A stretch of DNA of 64,000 nucleotides. It comes from Syntrophobacteraceae bacterium. Its GTDB lineage: Bacteria > Desulfobacterota > Syntrophobacteria > Syntrophobacterales > Syntrophobacteraceae. Positions within the stretch are counted from its first letter, which is position 1. Each line of letters starts with the position of its first letter. The translations under genes were made by a program, and so were the position numbers. Below the pieces are notes generated by a model. The model worked only from the letters and a program-made list of their open reading frames with translations, ran no database searches and had not been told where the DNA came from. The stretch covers positions 1,911 to 65,910 of the forward strand of contig JAPXSS010000006.1 of NCBI GenBank assembly GCA_033812955.1, read 5' to 3'. Below are positions 45,803 through 56,061 of this stretch, one piece after another.

Positions 45803-46936
45803 ATGTTTGATTTAGAAAATGTGCCAACTCCCTGCTATGTGCTTGACGAAGCACGGCTGCTGCAAAATCTCACGGTACTGGACGACGTCCAGCACCGCAC
45901 GGGCTGTAGAATCATCCTGGCACTCAAGAGTTTTGCCATGTTCGGGGTGTTCCCTCTGATCCGGGAATATCTCCGGGGAGTCGCCGCCAGTTCCCTTCAC
46001 GAAGCCCGCCTGGGGTATGAGGAATTCGGCGGAGAGGTACACGTCTTTGCCCCCGCTTACCGGGAAACCGAATTTAGCGAACTGCTCAGCTACAGCCACC
46101 ATCTCGTCTTCAATTCTTTCTCCCAGTGGCAGTGGTTCAAACCTCGCCTGGCCACTGCCGGAAAATCGGTCGCCTGCGGGATTCGAGTGAACCCTGAACA
46201 CTCCGAAGTCGCGGTTCCCCTGTACGATCCCTGTGCCCCGTTTTCGCGGCTCGGCGTAACCCGCCAGAATTTCCTCGAAAAGGACCTTGACGGGATCACC
46301 GGCCTGCATTTTCATACCCTTTGCGAACTGAATGCCGATTCCCTGGCACGGACCCTCAAGGCCTTTGAAGACAAATTCGGTGAGTTCATCCCGAGGATGC
46401 AATGGGTCAATTTCGGTGGAGGACACCACATCACGCGGCCGGACTATCGCGTCGACCTCCTCTGTGAACTCATCAACGATTTTAAGCAACGCTACCCGGT
46501 AGATGTCTATCTCGAACCGGGCGAAGCCGTGGTGCTCAATGCCGGGGTGCTCGTGGCCTCGGTCCTGGACGTCCTTCACAATCAAAAAGACCTCGCGATC
46601 CTGGACGCTTCGGCCGCAGCTCATACCCCTGATGTCATCGAAATGCCGTACCGCCCCGAAATCGAAGGAGCGGGCAGCTGGGGGCAACTGGCCCACTCCT
46701 ATCGCCTGGGCGGCCCCACCTGCCTGGCAGGAGACGTTTTCGGCGACTATTCCTTTGCTCAACCCCTGGCGGTGGGCTCACGGCTGGTTTTTACCGACAT
46801 GGCCCACTACACCATGGTAAAGAACAATACCTTTAACGGCGTCGGCCTGCCAGCCATCGCCATCCGGGACATGCAGAAGCGGATTCGCATAGTGCGCCAG
46901 TTTGGGTACGAAGACTACCGCAACCGACTCTCGTGA
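45803..46936 (+). CDS. nspC: carboxynorspermidine/carboxyspermidine decarboxylase
   Basis: VPTPCYVLDEARLLQNL, ALKSFAMF, HFHTLCE, GGGHHIT. PLP-dependent decarboxylase next to the dehydrogenase. Confidence 0.85.
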   Translation: MFDLENVPTPCYVLDEARLLQNLTVLDDVQHRTGCRIILALKSFAMFGVFPLIREYLRGVAASSLHEARLGYEEFGGEVHVFAPAYRETEFSELLSYSHHLVFNSFSQWQWFKPRLATAGKSVACGIRVNPEHSEVAVPLYDPCAPFSRLGVTRQNFLEKDLDGITGLHFHTLCELNADSLARTLKAFEDKFGEFIPRMQWVNFGGGHHITRPDYRVDLLCELINDFKQRYPVDVYLEPGEAVVLNAGVLVASVLDVLHNQKDLAILDASAAAHTPDVIEMPYRPEIEGAGSWGQLAHSYRLGGPTCLAGDVFGDYSFAQPLAVGSRLVFTDMAHYTMVKNNTFNGVGLPAIAIRDMQKRIRIVRQFGYEDYRNRLS

Positions 46937-47067
46937 CGATTGGCATGGTTCCTCCCTTCCCTACCCGGCGGCTCCCGACGACGTCTTGCCCGGCAGGCGG
47001 GAAGGTGATGCCGCTGCAATCTTCAACCCGGCCCCCTGATCACCGTACAATAACGGAGGCACTGACA

Positions 47068-47439
47068 ATGCCCATCTATGAATACCGCTGCCGTAAGTGC
47101 GGCAAGAAGAACGAAGTCATCACCTTTCGCATCTCGCAGGAGGTCACGGCTACCTGTCAGCGTTGCGGTAGCGAGCTGCTGGATCGAATTCCGTCGAGGG
47201 TGCGGGTGCGCCTGTCGGAAGAAACGCGCATGGAGCGTTTGGCCGATCCGTCTCGCCTGGGTGGCCTGGATGAGAACGACCCCAAAAGCATGATCCGCTG
47301 GATGAAACAGATGGGTCAGGAGATGGGCGATGAACTCGGCGGAGAAGATATGGATGCCATGATCGAGGAAGCGATGGAGGAAGAAGCCCGAGGAGGTCCT
47401 GCCGCGGGCGGGAGCCTTCCTCCCGGGGATGACCTCTAA
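47068..47439 (+). CDS. FmdB-family zinc-ribbon protein with acidic C-terminal tail
   Basis: MPIYEYRCRKCGKK...CQRCGS (CxxC...CxxC). RBS ACGGAGG upstream. Confidence 0.75.
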   Translation: MPIYEYRCRKCGKKNEVITFRISQEVTATCQRCGSELLDRIPSRVRVRLSEETRMERLADPSRLGGLDENDPKSMIRWMKQMGQEMGDELGGEDMDAMIEEAMEEEARGGPAAGGSLPPGDDL

Positions 47440-47628
47440 ATTGCAGGCTTTCGACTCCCATCAAAAATCATCCACGAAGGCACCCCAAGAAACACGAAAA
47501 AAGCTTGAGAGACCCTTCGTGTGCCCTCGCGACCAGTTGTGGGGGACGAAGGCTTTTCGTCGATAGCTCAGAACCAGCCTCCTTCAGCAGGAATCGCTGC
47601 GGTTGGACAGGGTGATTACCAGTTGAAA

Positions 47629-49965
47629 TCACCTTCCTTTCAATCGGGTTGCGGTTTCTTCCAGTGCTTCGGCGGGCAAAAAGGTGCTTCGGAGTGCCTC
47701 CAGTTCGTCGAGCATGGCCTGAGTGATCCGGCGGGCCTGGGTCAGACTCTCCTGCGCTGACTGCCGTTCGGTTTCCACTGTTTGCCCCCGCTTGAGCAGA
47801 TCACTCAGATCGACTTGGGCCATTTGCGCTCTGAGCTCGAATTCCCGAAGCAGCCGACCGGTTTCCTCATCGGCGATTCGGAAGAGATAGTCGGACTTGA
47901 AACGCTGCCGGTACTCCTCGAAGGCCTGAAGGAGCTCTGTGGTGGCTTCCTTCTTGAGGAGCCTGGTGGCCTCCTCGATCATGCTTTCCTGCCGCTTGCT
48001 GCCGAACAACAAGTCCCGAGTCTTTCCCAGGTGAGTGCGGAAATCGCCCAGCAAGCGGGTGAGGCTTGCCAACCCCAGTTTCATCAGGAGCAGCCCGCGG
48101 CCGCTCGTCCCCTGATCCAGAAAGGCACTGAAAGTGGGCGGCACCGCCAGATTTCCCACCTCCCAGGCGTCTTTCGGCGGTTCGAGGGTGGCGTCGCAGT
48201 CGCTGTCAAAGAACCCCGTTTCACGATAATAATCGTCGAGAGCCGCGGCAAAGAGGGCCCAGAACGACTCGCCCCCACCCCTCAGCCGTTCGCACAGGAG
48301 GGCTTCCTCCTTCTTGGCAAATTCGATGACCTGCAGGTTCACTTTTTCCACCAGAAAGCGTGCCAGGGACTGCCGGAATTCCCGATAGAGACGATGGAAC
48401 TGCTGAAAGAGCCAACGGTAGTCCAGCTGGCCATGAGCCCCGTTGAACTCAACCGGGTATTGCGTGACCGTCTCGAGGGTTTCCTTGACGATGCGGCTCT
48501 GCCCGGGGTCAAAGAAGGCATCCACCGCCTGGTCAATTTCGTGGTGCAAGGAGATCCTCAAGCCCAGGATCGCATTCTTGAGGGTCTCGAAGGCTCCCCA
48601 CAGCCTGGCCTGTTGGGCGTCAAGTTCTTCCGCCGTGTGCCGGACCGTCTCCCGGCTCTGCTCCAGCAGCTGGCTCTGCGCGGCGACGGTGTGCATGACA
48701 CTGTTGGCAATCATCCCGAGGCGGCTGAGCCCGCTGCCACAGAGCACCCGGAAGCGCTGGTCGCAGACCTCCCGGCTCAATGATTCACGAAAGGCGCTGA
48801 ACCCTGCTTCACTGGCTTTCACCAGGGGGGTATCCCCTTTCCATAACCGCAGGTGGCGCCGTTCACGCTCTGAAGCCGATCCCTTGAGTTGCCCGAGCAG
48901 GAGGTGGAGGGCCGAAAAGACAAAAAAGCGCGGCTCGGGAACCATCCACGAGAGTTCGCTGCGGACCCGGACCGCCAGTCGTTCCAGATCCTCCAGGGCC
49001 GGATGGTCGTCGAGATTGGCATTCAGGACAAAAAACGTTTGAGGAAACATCCTGAGGGTGCGGATGAAGTCCAGGAGTCGAAAGTCGGCTTCCCGTAACC
49101 CGGCCCGGCTGCTGATGATGTACAGGATAAAGTGGCTTTTCAGCAAATACTGCTGGAGGAGGGCAAAGTGGAGGGGATTGGGGGAGTCGATCCCCTGGCA
49201 GTCGGCGAGTTCTATCGATTCTCCCAGCCAGGCTACGGGGTAGTGCAGTTCCATGTCCCTCAGATAAACCGCCTGCCCTTCAGAGCCCACATATTGCTGG
49301 TGTTCGCCCAGGGTATCCTGGTCGAAGACGATCCGACTGGCCTCCTCACCAAGGAACTGGTGGACGCGGTCATAGCCTTCCAGGTATCCACTCAGGATCA
49401 GGTGGCTCGGGTCCAGGTGGCCCTCTCGTCGTCGTCCTTCCTCCTGCATCTCGGCCAGCAGCACCTTGAGTCGCTCGCGATCGTCAGCCTCCCTGAGGTC
49501 GTAGGTGCGATCCTCTGCCATCGGATCCGGGGTCGAGATCACGAGCTGCACCGCAGCGTTCAGCTCTTCCAGAACCTGGGACCAGGGTTTGAATTCGACC
49601 CAGCCTTTGGCATCCTGACCGGTCACCAGGCGGGTGATGAAAGCCGTGATGATCCCCGCCCCCCGCTTGAGCAGGTCGCGGCCGACCAGGGCGTTGACCA
49701 GAGTGCTCTTGCCGGACTTGACCGTTCCCACCACGGCAAGCCGCAGGAGAGGATCTTCGAGGGAAGAACGGACTTGGATCAGCTGTTCCTGCCAGCGGAT
49801 CGCCGCCGCTGGCTCAACCACCTCACAGGCTGCCATTTCCTGGATGGTCTCAGCGAGAATCACCGCCCGCTGTTCGATTTTCCTCTTGAGCTCCCGGTAG
49901 TCGTTGAGCTCCCGTCGCCGTCCAGGCTTGGCGGCAGCTGAAGGCTTCTTCTTCCTTGGCGGCAC
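47629..49965 (-). CDS. bacterial dynamin-like GTPase
   Basis: G1 VVGTVKSGKSTLVNAL, G3-like LADCQGIDSP, then a long helical stalk. 778 aa. Confidence 0.7.
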   Translation of the reverse strand: MPPRKKKPSAAAKPGRRRELNDYRELKRKIEQRAVILAETIQEMAACEVVEPAAAIRWQEQLIQVRSSLEDPLLRLAVVGTVKSGKSTLVNALVGRDLLKRGAGIITAFITRLVTGQDAKGWVEFKPWSQVLEELNAAVQLVISTPDPMAEDRTYDLREADDRERLKVLLAEMQEEGRRREGHLDPSHLILSGYLEGYDRVHQFLGEEASRIVFDQDTLGEHQQYVGSEGQAVYLRDMELHYPVAWLGESIELADCQGIDSPNPLHFALLQQYLLKSHFILYIISSRAGLREADFRLLDFIRTLRMFPQTFFVLNANLDDHPALEDLERLAVRVRSELSWMVPEPRFFVFSALHLLLGQLKGSASERERRHLRLWKGDTPLVKASEAGFSAFRESLSREVCDQRFRVLCGSGLSRLGMIANSVMHTVAAQSQLLEQSRETVRHTAEELDAQQARLWGAFETLKNAILGLRISLHHEIDQAVDAFFDPGQSRIVKETLETVTQYPVEFNGAHGQLDYRWLFQQFHRLYREFRQSLARFLVEKVNLQVIEFAKKEEALLCERLRGGGESFWALFAAALDDYYRETGFFDSDCDATLEPPKDAWEVGNLAVPPTFSAFLDQGTSGRGLLLMKLGLASLTRLLGDFRTHLGKTRDLLFGSKRQESMIEEATRLLKKEATTELLQAFEEYRQRFKSDYLFRIADEETGRLLREFELRAQMAQVDLSDLLKRGQTVETERQSAQESLTQARRITQAMLDELEALRSTFLPAEALEETATRLKGR

Positions 49966-50021
49966 TCTGCAACTCCTCGTCGGTGGTCAGCAAGCTGACC
50001 GGCTATCATGAAAGCAAAGCG

Positions 50022-50049
50022 AACATCGAACACTCAACATTGAACATTG
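50022..50049. repeat. four tandem heptamers AACAYYG between miaA and the dynamin-like gene
   Basis: AACATCG AACACTC AACATTG AACATTG read directly, with a degenerate fifth unit AATAAGA. 57-84 nt upstream of the dynamin-like start codon. Confidence 0.6.
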
Positions 50050-50065
50050 AATAAGAAACTGGATA

Positions 50066-50998
50066 TCACGAAGTTGCCGTCCTGTTAAGCCATTCCAGGA
50101 TTCCCTGCCGGTCGTCCGCCTGCATCCAGCGGAATTCCGGATCTCCTCGGAACCAGGTCAGCTGACGCTTGGCGTAGTGGCGTGTCGCCCGTTCCATGTC
50201 AGTGACGGCCGAAGCCAGGGGACAGGCCCCCAGAAGATGCGCCGCCAGCTGCTTGTAGCCCACCGCCTGCATGGACTTCAGCTCAGGACCATAGCCCATG
50301 GCCAGCAGGCGGCGTACTTCCGCCAGCAACCCCTGCTCCAACATCTGCCGGACTCGCCGGTTGATTCGCTCATACAAGACATTTCGGTCGCGGTATAGGA
50401 AAATCTTGACGGTTCGGTAGATTGTTTGCTGGAAACGGTGTTGCGACTGCCAGCAGGAAAGAGGGATGCCCGTCAGGTACTGAACCTCGAGCGCTCGCAG
50501 AACACGCTGCCGATCATGGGGATGGAGCCGCCGGCCCGCCTCGGGATCAACCCGTCCTAATTTCTGGTAAAGCCTTTCGAGGCCATGTTCTTCCAATTCC
50601 CGCCGCAGCTGTTCCCGAATCGCCGGATCACGGGGAGCGGCCGGGCAGATCCCCCGCGTCAGAACTTTCATGTAGAGCCCCGTACCCCCGACGACGAGCG
50701 GCACCTTACCCCGGTTCCGGAGGGATTCGATCACGGGCCGGGCGAGCTCCGCATAGCGCGCAGCATCGAAAGGTTCATCCGGGTCGGCTACGTCCAAGAG
50801 ATGATGAGCAACCAGCGCCCGTTCTTCCGGGGTGGGTTTGGCGGTGCCGATCTCCATATAACGATAGACCTGCATGGAATCACAATTGATGATCTCGGCA
50901 CCAAGGCGGTGGGCAATTTCGAGGGCCAGTTGGGTCTTTCCCACCGCAGTGGGCCCGGCCAGCAGGACGACAGGCGGGAGCGAGGACGAAGGAAGCAT
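50066..50998 (-). CDS. miaA: tRNA dimethylallyltransferase
   Basis: VVLLAGPTAVGKTQLALEIA...EIINCDSMQVYRYMEIGTAKPT, the typical MiaA N-terminus. Confidence 0.9.
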   Translation of the reverse strand: MLPSSSLPPVVLLAGPTAVGKTQLALEIAHRLGAEIINCDSMQVYRYMEIGTAKPTPEERALVAHHLLDVADPDEPFDAARYAELARPVIESLRNRGKVPLVVGGTGLYMKVLTRGICPAAPRDPAIREQLRRELEEHGLERLYQKLGRVDPEAGRRLHPHDRQRVLRALEVQYLTGIPLSCWQSQHRFQQTIYRTVKIFLYRDRNVLYERINRRVRQMLEQGLLAEVRRLLAMGYGPELKSMQAVGYKQLAAHLLGACPLASAVTDMERATRHYAKRQLTWFRGDPEFRWMQADDRQGILEWLNRTATS

Positions 50999-51114
50999 TC
51001 AACAACTTTCAAAGACACGGCTTGAGCGTCGCGCGCGGCGCGTTGCGGGTTATGCCTCACAGGCTGCGGCTTGCCGAGGTTCCGCTGCCGGTATCCAGCT
51101 TCACGAGATCAGCT

Positions 51115-52944
51115 TCAGGTCCGGTGGAACATGCGGGCAATCTCCGTATGGGTGAGCTTTAACCAGAGTGGCCGCCCGTGAGGACAGGAAGCAACGATTT
51201 GGGTCCGGTCGAGGGTTTCCAGGAGATGGCGCACCTCTTCGGCGAGGAGCCGCTGATTGGCCTTGATCGCCCGGTGGCAGGCGGCCGTTTTGGCCAGCTC
51301 GGCGAGGAGGTTCACCTGAGGGTTCCGATCGTCCTCGGAGGCGCTCTCCAGCAGCTCCCGAAGCAACCCCTCCGGCGAACAGTCGCCCAGGACCGCAGGA
51401 ACCGAGTGGACCACGAAGGCGTCTCCCCCGAAGGGTTCGATCGCAAACCCAAGTTGCGCGAGACGCTCGAGCCAGGCTCTCAGCTTGGCGGCCTCCCGGG
51501 GCAGAAGTTCCACCACCACCGACTGAATCAGCCTCTGGGAAGGCTCACGGGATGAGGTCCCAGCAAGCCGGTCGAACAGGATCCGTTCATGAGCCGCATG
51601 CTGATCGATGATGATGAGCCCATCCTCGGCTTCGAACAGGAGATAGCTTCCCGCCAGCTGTCCCAGGAACGGTAGCTGAGAGAAACAAGGCTGGGCGGCG
51701 AAGGTCAGATGCATTCCTGGCTGATCGGCAAATCCTTCCTGTTCGCCGGTCTCAACGATTCGCCAGGGTTCTGCCGGCGCCGGGCCCCTGGAGGCAGCGC
51801 CAACAACGGTCGGAATTTCTGGGGGGGTGCCGGGAGATGGCTCCAATCCGCCGCTCATGGGTACCTGGCTTTCCCAGGTGCAGGCAGTATGGAAAAAGGA
51901 CCGGGCTGCCTGCAAAGGCACCAGGCCGGCGGAGGGAACCCGAGCCTCCGGTGCGAGGGAGCCTTCGAGAGCCTGCCGCAGAGCCTGGCGAACTGTCTCC
52001 ATGATTTCGCCGGGATTCCGGAATCGAATTTCGCGCTTGGTCGGGTGAACGTTCACATCGACCTGGGGGGCCGGGACTTCCACAAAGAGGACGACAGCGG
52101 GGTATTTGCCTTTGGCGATAACCGTTTCATAGGCACTGAGGACCGCCCGGTTGAGCAGCCGATCCCATACCGCTCTGCCGTTGACGTAGATAAAGAGATG
52201 GCCGGCGCCCGGGCGCTGCACCTCAGGAGCACTCATCAGACCATGAACCTTGAGCGACGGGGTTTCTAGGAGAAAGGGCCGAAGCTGAGACAGGAGCCTG
52301 GTCCCCAGCACCTGGCCGGCACGTTCCCCCATGTCCTGAACCTGCGGGAAGTCGTAGAGTTGCCGATCCTGGTGCATCACCCGGAAATGGACCTCCGGGT
52401 TCGCCATGGCCAACCGCAACACCTGATCGCTTATGTGGGAGAGCTCATTGTCAACGGAGCGCAGGAATTTGCGCCGGGCCGGTAGGTTATAGAAAAGATC
52501 GCGTACGGTGATGGCAGTTCCTGCCGGACAGCCGGTTTCCCGGACGTCCTTGAGCGTTCCGCCATCCATGCGAATGGCTATCCCCGAGAGGGATGCGGCT
52601 TCCCGTGTCACCATTTCGAAACGGCTGACCGCCGCAATGCTCGGCAACGCCTCCCCGCGGAAACCAAGGGAACGAATGGCCTGGAGATCCTCGATGGCCT
52701 TGATCTTGCTGGTGGCATGCCGTTCCAGCGCCAGGAGGGCATCGTCGGAAGACATTCCGGACCCGTCATCCACCACCCGGATCTCCTTGCGCCCGCCTTG
52801 GAGGATAGCCAGGGAGATCTTCCGGCCACCCGCATCGAGGCTGTTTTCGAGGAGTTCCTTAACGACCGCTGCGGGCCTTTCGACCACCTCACCGGCAGCA
52901 ATCTGATTGCAAAGGATATCAGGCAAGATACTGATCCGGGACAA
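51115..52944 (-). CDS. mutL: DNA mismatch repair protein MutL
   Basis: ILPDILCNQIAAGEVVERPAAVVKELLENSLDAG, GFRGEALPSIA, C-terminal dimerisation region. Confidence 0.9.
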   Translation of the reverse strand: MSRISILPDILCNQIAAGEVVERPAAVVKELLENSLDAGGRKISLAILQGGRKEIRVVDDGSGMSSDDALLALERHATSKIKAIEDLQAIRSLGFRGEALPSIAAVSRFEMVTREAASLSGIAIRMDGGTLKDVRETGCPAGTAITVRDLFYNLPARRKFLRSVDNELSHISDQVLRLAMANPEVHFRVMHQDRQLYDFPQVQDMGERAGQVLGTRLLSQLRPFLLETPSLKVHGLMSAPEVQRPGAGHLFIYVNGRAVWDRLLNRAVLSAYETVIAKGKYPAVVLFVEVPAPQVDVNVHPTKREIRFRNPGEIMETVRQALRQALEGSLAPEARVPSAGLVPLQAARSFFHTACTWESQVPMSGGLEPSPGTPPEIPTVVGAASRGPAPAEPWRIVETGEQEGFADQPGMHLTFAAQPCFSQLPFLGQLAGSYLLFEAEDGLIIIDQHAAHERILFDRLAGTSSREPSQRLIQSVVVELLPREAAKLRAWLERLAQLGFAIEPFGGDAFVVHSVPAVLGDCSPEGLLRELLESASEDDRNPQVNLLAELAKTAACHRAIKANQRLLAEEVRHLLETLDRTQIVASCPHGRPLWLKLTHTEIARMFHRT

Positions 52945-53100
52945 TTATCGTCTCCTTTGAGCATAGCTTATGATCTGCCTCTATTATAGATTTCCCGGCA
53001 GCCCGCCTCAAGGCCTTCTTGTGCCCTAGCGTTATCAGGCAGGACAGGACCACCAGCCCCAGCAGGGTTTCCCGGAAAACTTCCTAACTCTTTAAATCTG

Positions 53101-53129
53101 TTGACAGATATCGGTCATTCCAGTATGCA
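53101..53129 (+). promoter_or_regulatory. candidate sigma70-type promoter
   Basis: TTGACA(53101-53106)-N17-TATGCA(53124-53129) in the mutL / 53314-gene divergent intergenic region. Confidence 0.35.
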
Positions 53130-53313
53130 GTAAAATCAGGATGAACTCTGATGCTACCCCGCACTGCTTTTGAAGTGCTGTTCAGAAATGGACGGTCGCG
53201 ACGGATGACCCGGTGGGGGATGCCGGCGGGAGCAGGACGGAAGGCCTGCACCCTTTCAGCTGCCGAGCAGACCCGACGGTCTTTGGGTTGGAAGAAAAGA
53301 GGCGAGGCCCCGC

Positions 53314-54762
53314 ATGAACGCAGCCCCCTATCAAGCCCTGGTGAATCTTCTCAGCAACGTGCTGGAGGCCTACACCACCGCTTTTTACCTTTTCGACCCC
53401 CGCTCCGGCCAGCTCAACCTGATAGCCTCGCAGTCGCTCAGTCGCTTTGTCCGCGAGACCTCCTCCCTGCCGATCGAACAGAGCGGCATCCTCTCCCAGG
53501 TTCAGAAAGTGGGCCAGACCGTCCACCTCGACAAGCTGCAGGATACTTCCCTGACCCTGCCAACCACCGTCCCCTTCTACCGCGAAGGAGAATCCCACCT
53601 CAAGGCCATCTACGCCATGCCGGTGGGGGACGGCGACGGGGTGCTCTACGTGGACACCAAATACGGCTGGGGCTTTTCCGACAAACAGCAGAAGTGGATT
53701 CGGGAAATCGCCACGGTCCTGCAACAGCTCGTCGAACGCCACAACTGGGTGGCACAGCAACAATGCTCTGCCGGAATATTGCAGTTCTGGTACCGGGTGG
53801 ATGAAATTGCCCGCAAGGAACTTGCCTTTCTGGACTCCTGCCGACGCTTTGTGAGCGAGTGCTGCCAACTGCTCGAGATGGACTACGGTTTCATTGCCCT
53901 CAGAGAAGTCGGGCAACCTCAGTACCATGTCCTGGCGGGCACTTCGAACGCTCCGCAGAGCCTCTTCGAGCAGCATTTCCTCATCAAACAGGGGCTCGCC
54001 GGGTGGATCTTCGAGCAGGCGAAAATGCTGCAGATGCCAAAGCTCAATCCCCACACTCCCGAACATTTTCTCTTCACACCGGCCGAAGGCCTGCCTCATC
54101 ACGGCACCCTCTGGGGCCTGCCCGTGGCCATGGCCCTGGGACATACCCTGGCTCTCCTGTTCCTGGCGCGGACTTCCAGGGAAATGAACCCCGATTGCCA
54201 GCGTGCCGTAACCTGTGCCGCTCATGCGTTTGCCCTTTACCTTGACTGCCTCAACCTGAAGGAGGAATGCGACCAGTTACGGAGCTATGACCTGGCGACA
54301 GGCCTTCTCAATGCCGCCACGTTCGACTCCCAACTTGAGCACCTGCTGGCATCTTCCATGCAAACCAGCAGCCATTTCACTCTTGCCCTGATGCAGTTCG
54401 AGCCTTGGCACATGTTGCACACGACCGCATCTCCCAGACACATCGAAAAGTGTCAGCAGGAACTGGTCTGGAGCCTGCGGGCGCTGGTGCCGTCGGACAA
54501 CCTGGTAGCACTTATAGCGGAGAACCGGTTCGGCTTTCTCTTTCCGCGAATGACATTTCGCGATGCCCAAGCCATCCTCACCCATGTCACGGACCGGGGG
54601 AAGCAGGTCCTGGCCGGGATCTACAAAGGGATGCGGGTGCGCTCGTATGTTGGAGTCGTCGGCTACCCTCAGGATGGAACCAGAATCGAAGAACTCTGGC
54701 CACTGGTCTATCGGCGCCTCTACCGGGGCATCCATGCCCCCGCCAACAATGCTGAATTATAA
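53314..54762 (+). CDS. signalling protein with a degenerate GGDEF-like C-terminal domain and GAF-like N-terminal region(s)
   Basis: YDLATGLLNAATFDSQLEHLL resembles the GGDEF-domain start (D.LTGL.NR). ENRFGFLFP occupies the GG(D/E)EF position. The N-terminal domain assignment is tentative. Confidence 0.5.
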   Translation: MNAAPYQALVNLLSNVLEAYTTAFYLFDPRSGQLNLIASQSLSRFVRETSSLPIEQSGILSQVQKVGQTVHLDKLQDTSLTLPTTVPFYREGESHLKAIYAMPVGDGDGVLYVDTKYGWGFSDKQQKWIREIATVLQQLVERHNWVAQQQCSAGILQFWYRVDEIARKELAFLDSCRRFVSECCQLLEMDYGFIALREVGQPQYHVLAGTSNAPQSLFEQHFLIKQGLAGWIFEQAKMLQMPKLNPHTPEHFLFTPAEGLPHHGTLWGLPVAMALGHTLALLFLARTSREMNPDCQRAVTCAAHAFALYLDCLNLKEECDQLRSYDLATGLLNAATFDSQLEHLLASSMQTSSHFTLALMQFEPWHMLHTTASPRHIEKCQQELVWSLRALVPSDNLVALIAENRFGFLFPRMTFRDAQAILTHVTDRGKQVLAGIYKGMRVRSYVGVVGYPQDGTRIEELWPLVYRRLYRGIHAPANNAEL

Positions 54763-54931
54763 GGGGAATTGCAGGTTGCGAGGCACGCGCTACGGGTTGG
54801 AATCAGATCGGCCGAGTTTCCGGTCTCCGGCTGCCAGTTTCCAATTGACCGAACCCCGCATCCTTTATAGACTCTAGGCCCGCCTGGTAAAGGTGGAATG
54901 CAGATGACCCGGCCGCAAAGAAGAGCTCGAC

Positions 54932-55954
54932 ATGCTTGAACGCCTCCTGAGTTTCTTTTGCAGAGATCTGGCCATGGACCTCGGTACGGCCAACACCCTC
55001 ATCTACCTCCGAGGGAAGGGTGTTGTCCTGAACGAACCTTCGGTGGTGGCAATCAACCAGGATAGCCACCAGGTGATCGCCGTCGGCCAGGAAGCGAGCA
55101 ACATTGTCGGGCGCCATGGGCAGCGGATTGTAACCATTCGTCCGCTCAAAGACGGGGTCATCGCCGATTTTGAAGTCACCAGCGTGATGATCAAGTATTT
55201 CCTGGCAAAGGTTGTGAAAACCCGCCAGCTGATCCGCCCCCGGCTCGTGGTGGCGGTGCCGACGGGGATCACTTCCGTGGAAAAGCGGGCGGTCATTGAA
55301 GCGGCCCAGCAGGCAGGGGCGAGGCAGATTCACCTGATCGAAGAACCCATGGCAGCCGCCATTGGCGCCGGTCTGCCGGTGGATCAGCCCTTTGGCAATA
55401 TGATCGTCGACATTGGTGGCGGCACCACGGAAGTCGCGGTTATCTCCATGTTTGCCGTCGCCTACAGCGAATCGGTACGGGTGGCCGGGGACGAGGCCAA
55501 TGAGGCCATATTGCGTTATGTGCAGCGGGAACGCCAGATGATCATCAGTGAGGTCATGGCGGAACGGGTCAAGATGAGGATCGGTTCGGCCGTGCCACTG
55601 ACCACTCCTGAGACCATGGAAATCACCGGCAAGGAGATCTTGAGCGGTATTCCCAAGTCCTTCACGGTAACCGATGAAGAGATCCGGCGGGCAATCAAGG
55701 ATCCCGTGATCGTGATCGTGGAGGCGGCGAAGCGAGCGCTTGAAAAGACGCCCCCCGATCTGGCCGGCGATATTCACGAGAAGGGATTCTGGCTGGCGGG
55801 CGGAGGCGCCTTGATCCGGGGCCTCGACCAACTGCTGCACGAAGTCACCAACCTCAAGGTCAACGTAGCCGACGACCCCCTCACCGCTGCCGCCCGCGGT
55901 GCTGGCATGGTCATCGAACATGCTGATTTCTTTCGTCCGGTTTTTATCGCCTGA
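54932..55954 (+). CDS. mreB: rod shape-determining protein MreB
   Basis: DLAMDLGTANTLIY, NEPSVVA, DIGGGTTEVAVIS, GGGALIRGLD. Confidence 0.9.
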   Translation: MLERLLSFFCRDLAMDLGTANTLIYLRGKGVVLNEPSVVAINQDSHQVIAVGQEASNIVGRHGQRIVTIRPLKDGVIADFEVTSVMIKYFLAKVVKTRQLIRPRLVVAVPTGITSVEKRAVIEAAQQAGARQIHLIEEPMAAAIGAGLPVDQPFGNMIVDIGGGTTEVAVISMFAVAYSESVRVAGDEANEAILRYVQRERQMIISEVMAERVKMRIGSAVPLTTPETMEITGKEILSGIPKSFTVTDEEIRRAIKDPVIVIVEAAKRALEKTPPDLAGDIHEKGFWLAGGGALIRGLDQLLHEVTNLKVNVADDPLTAAARGAGMVIEHADFFRPVFIA

Positions 55955-56061
55955 CGGTCTTGGTGCTTGACTGTTGGCTGTTCGCCGGTGATGCTTGGGT
56001 TATGATTACCGGTCACTGACCGTTGTCAGATGATTGCTTTTTTTAAGGCAAGGAGTGCGCC

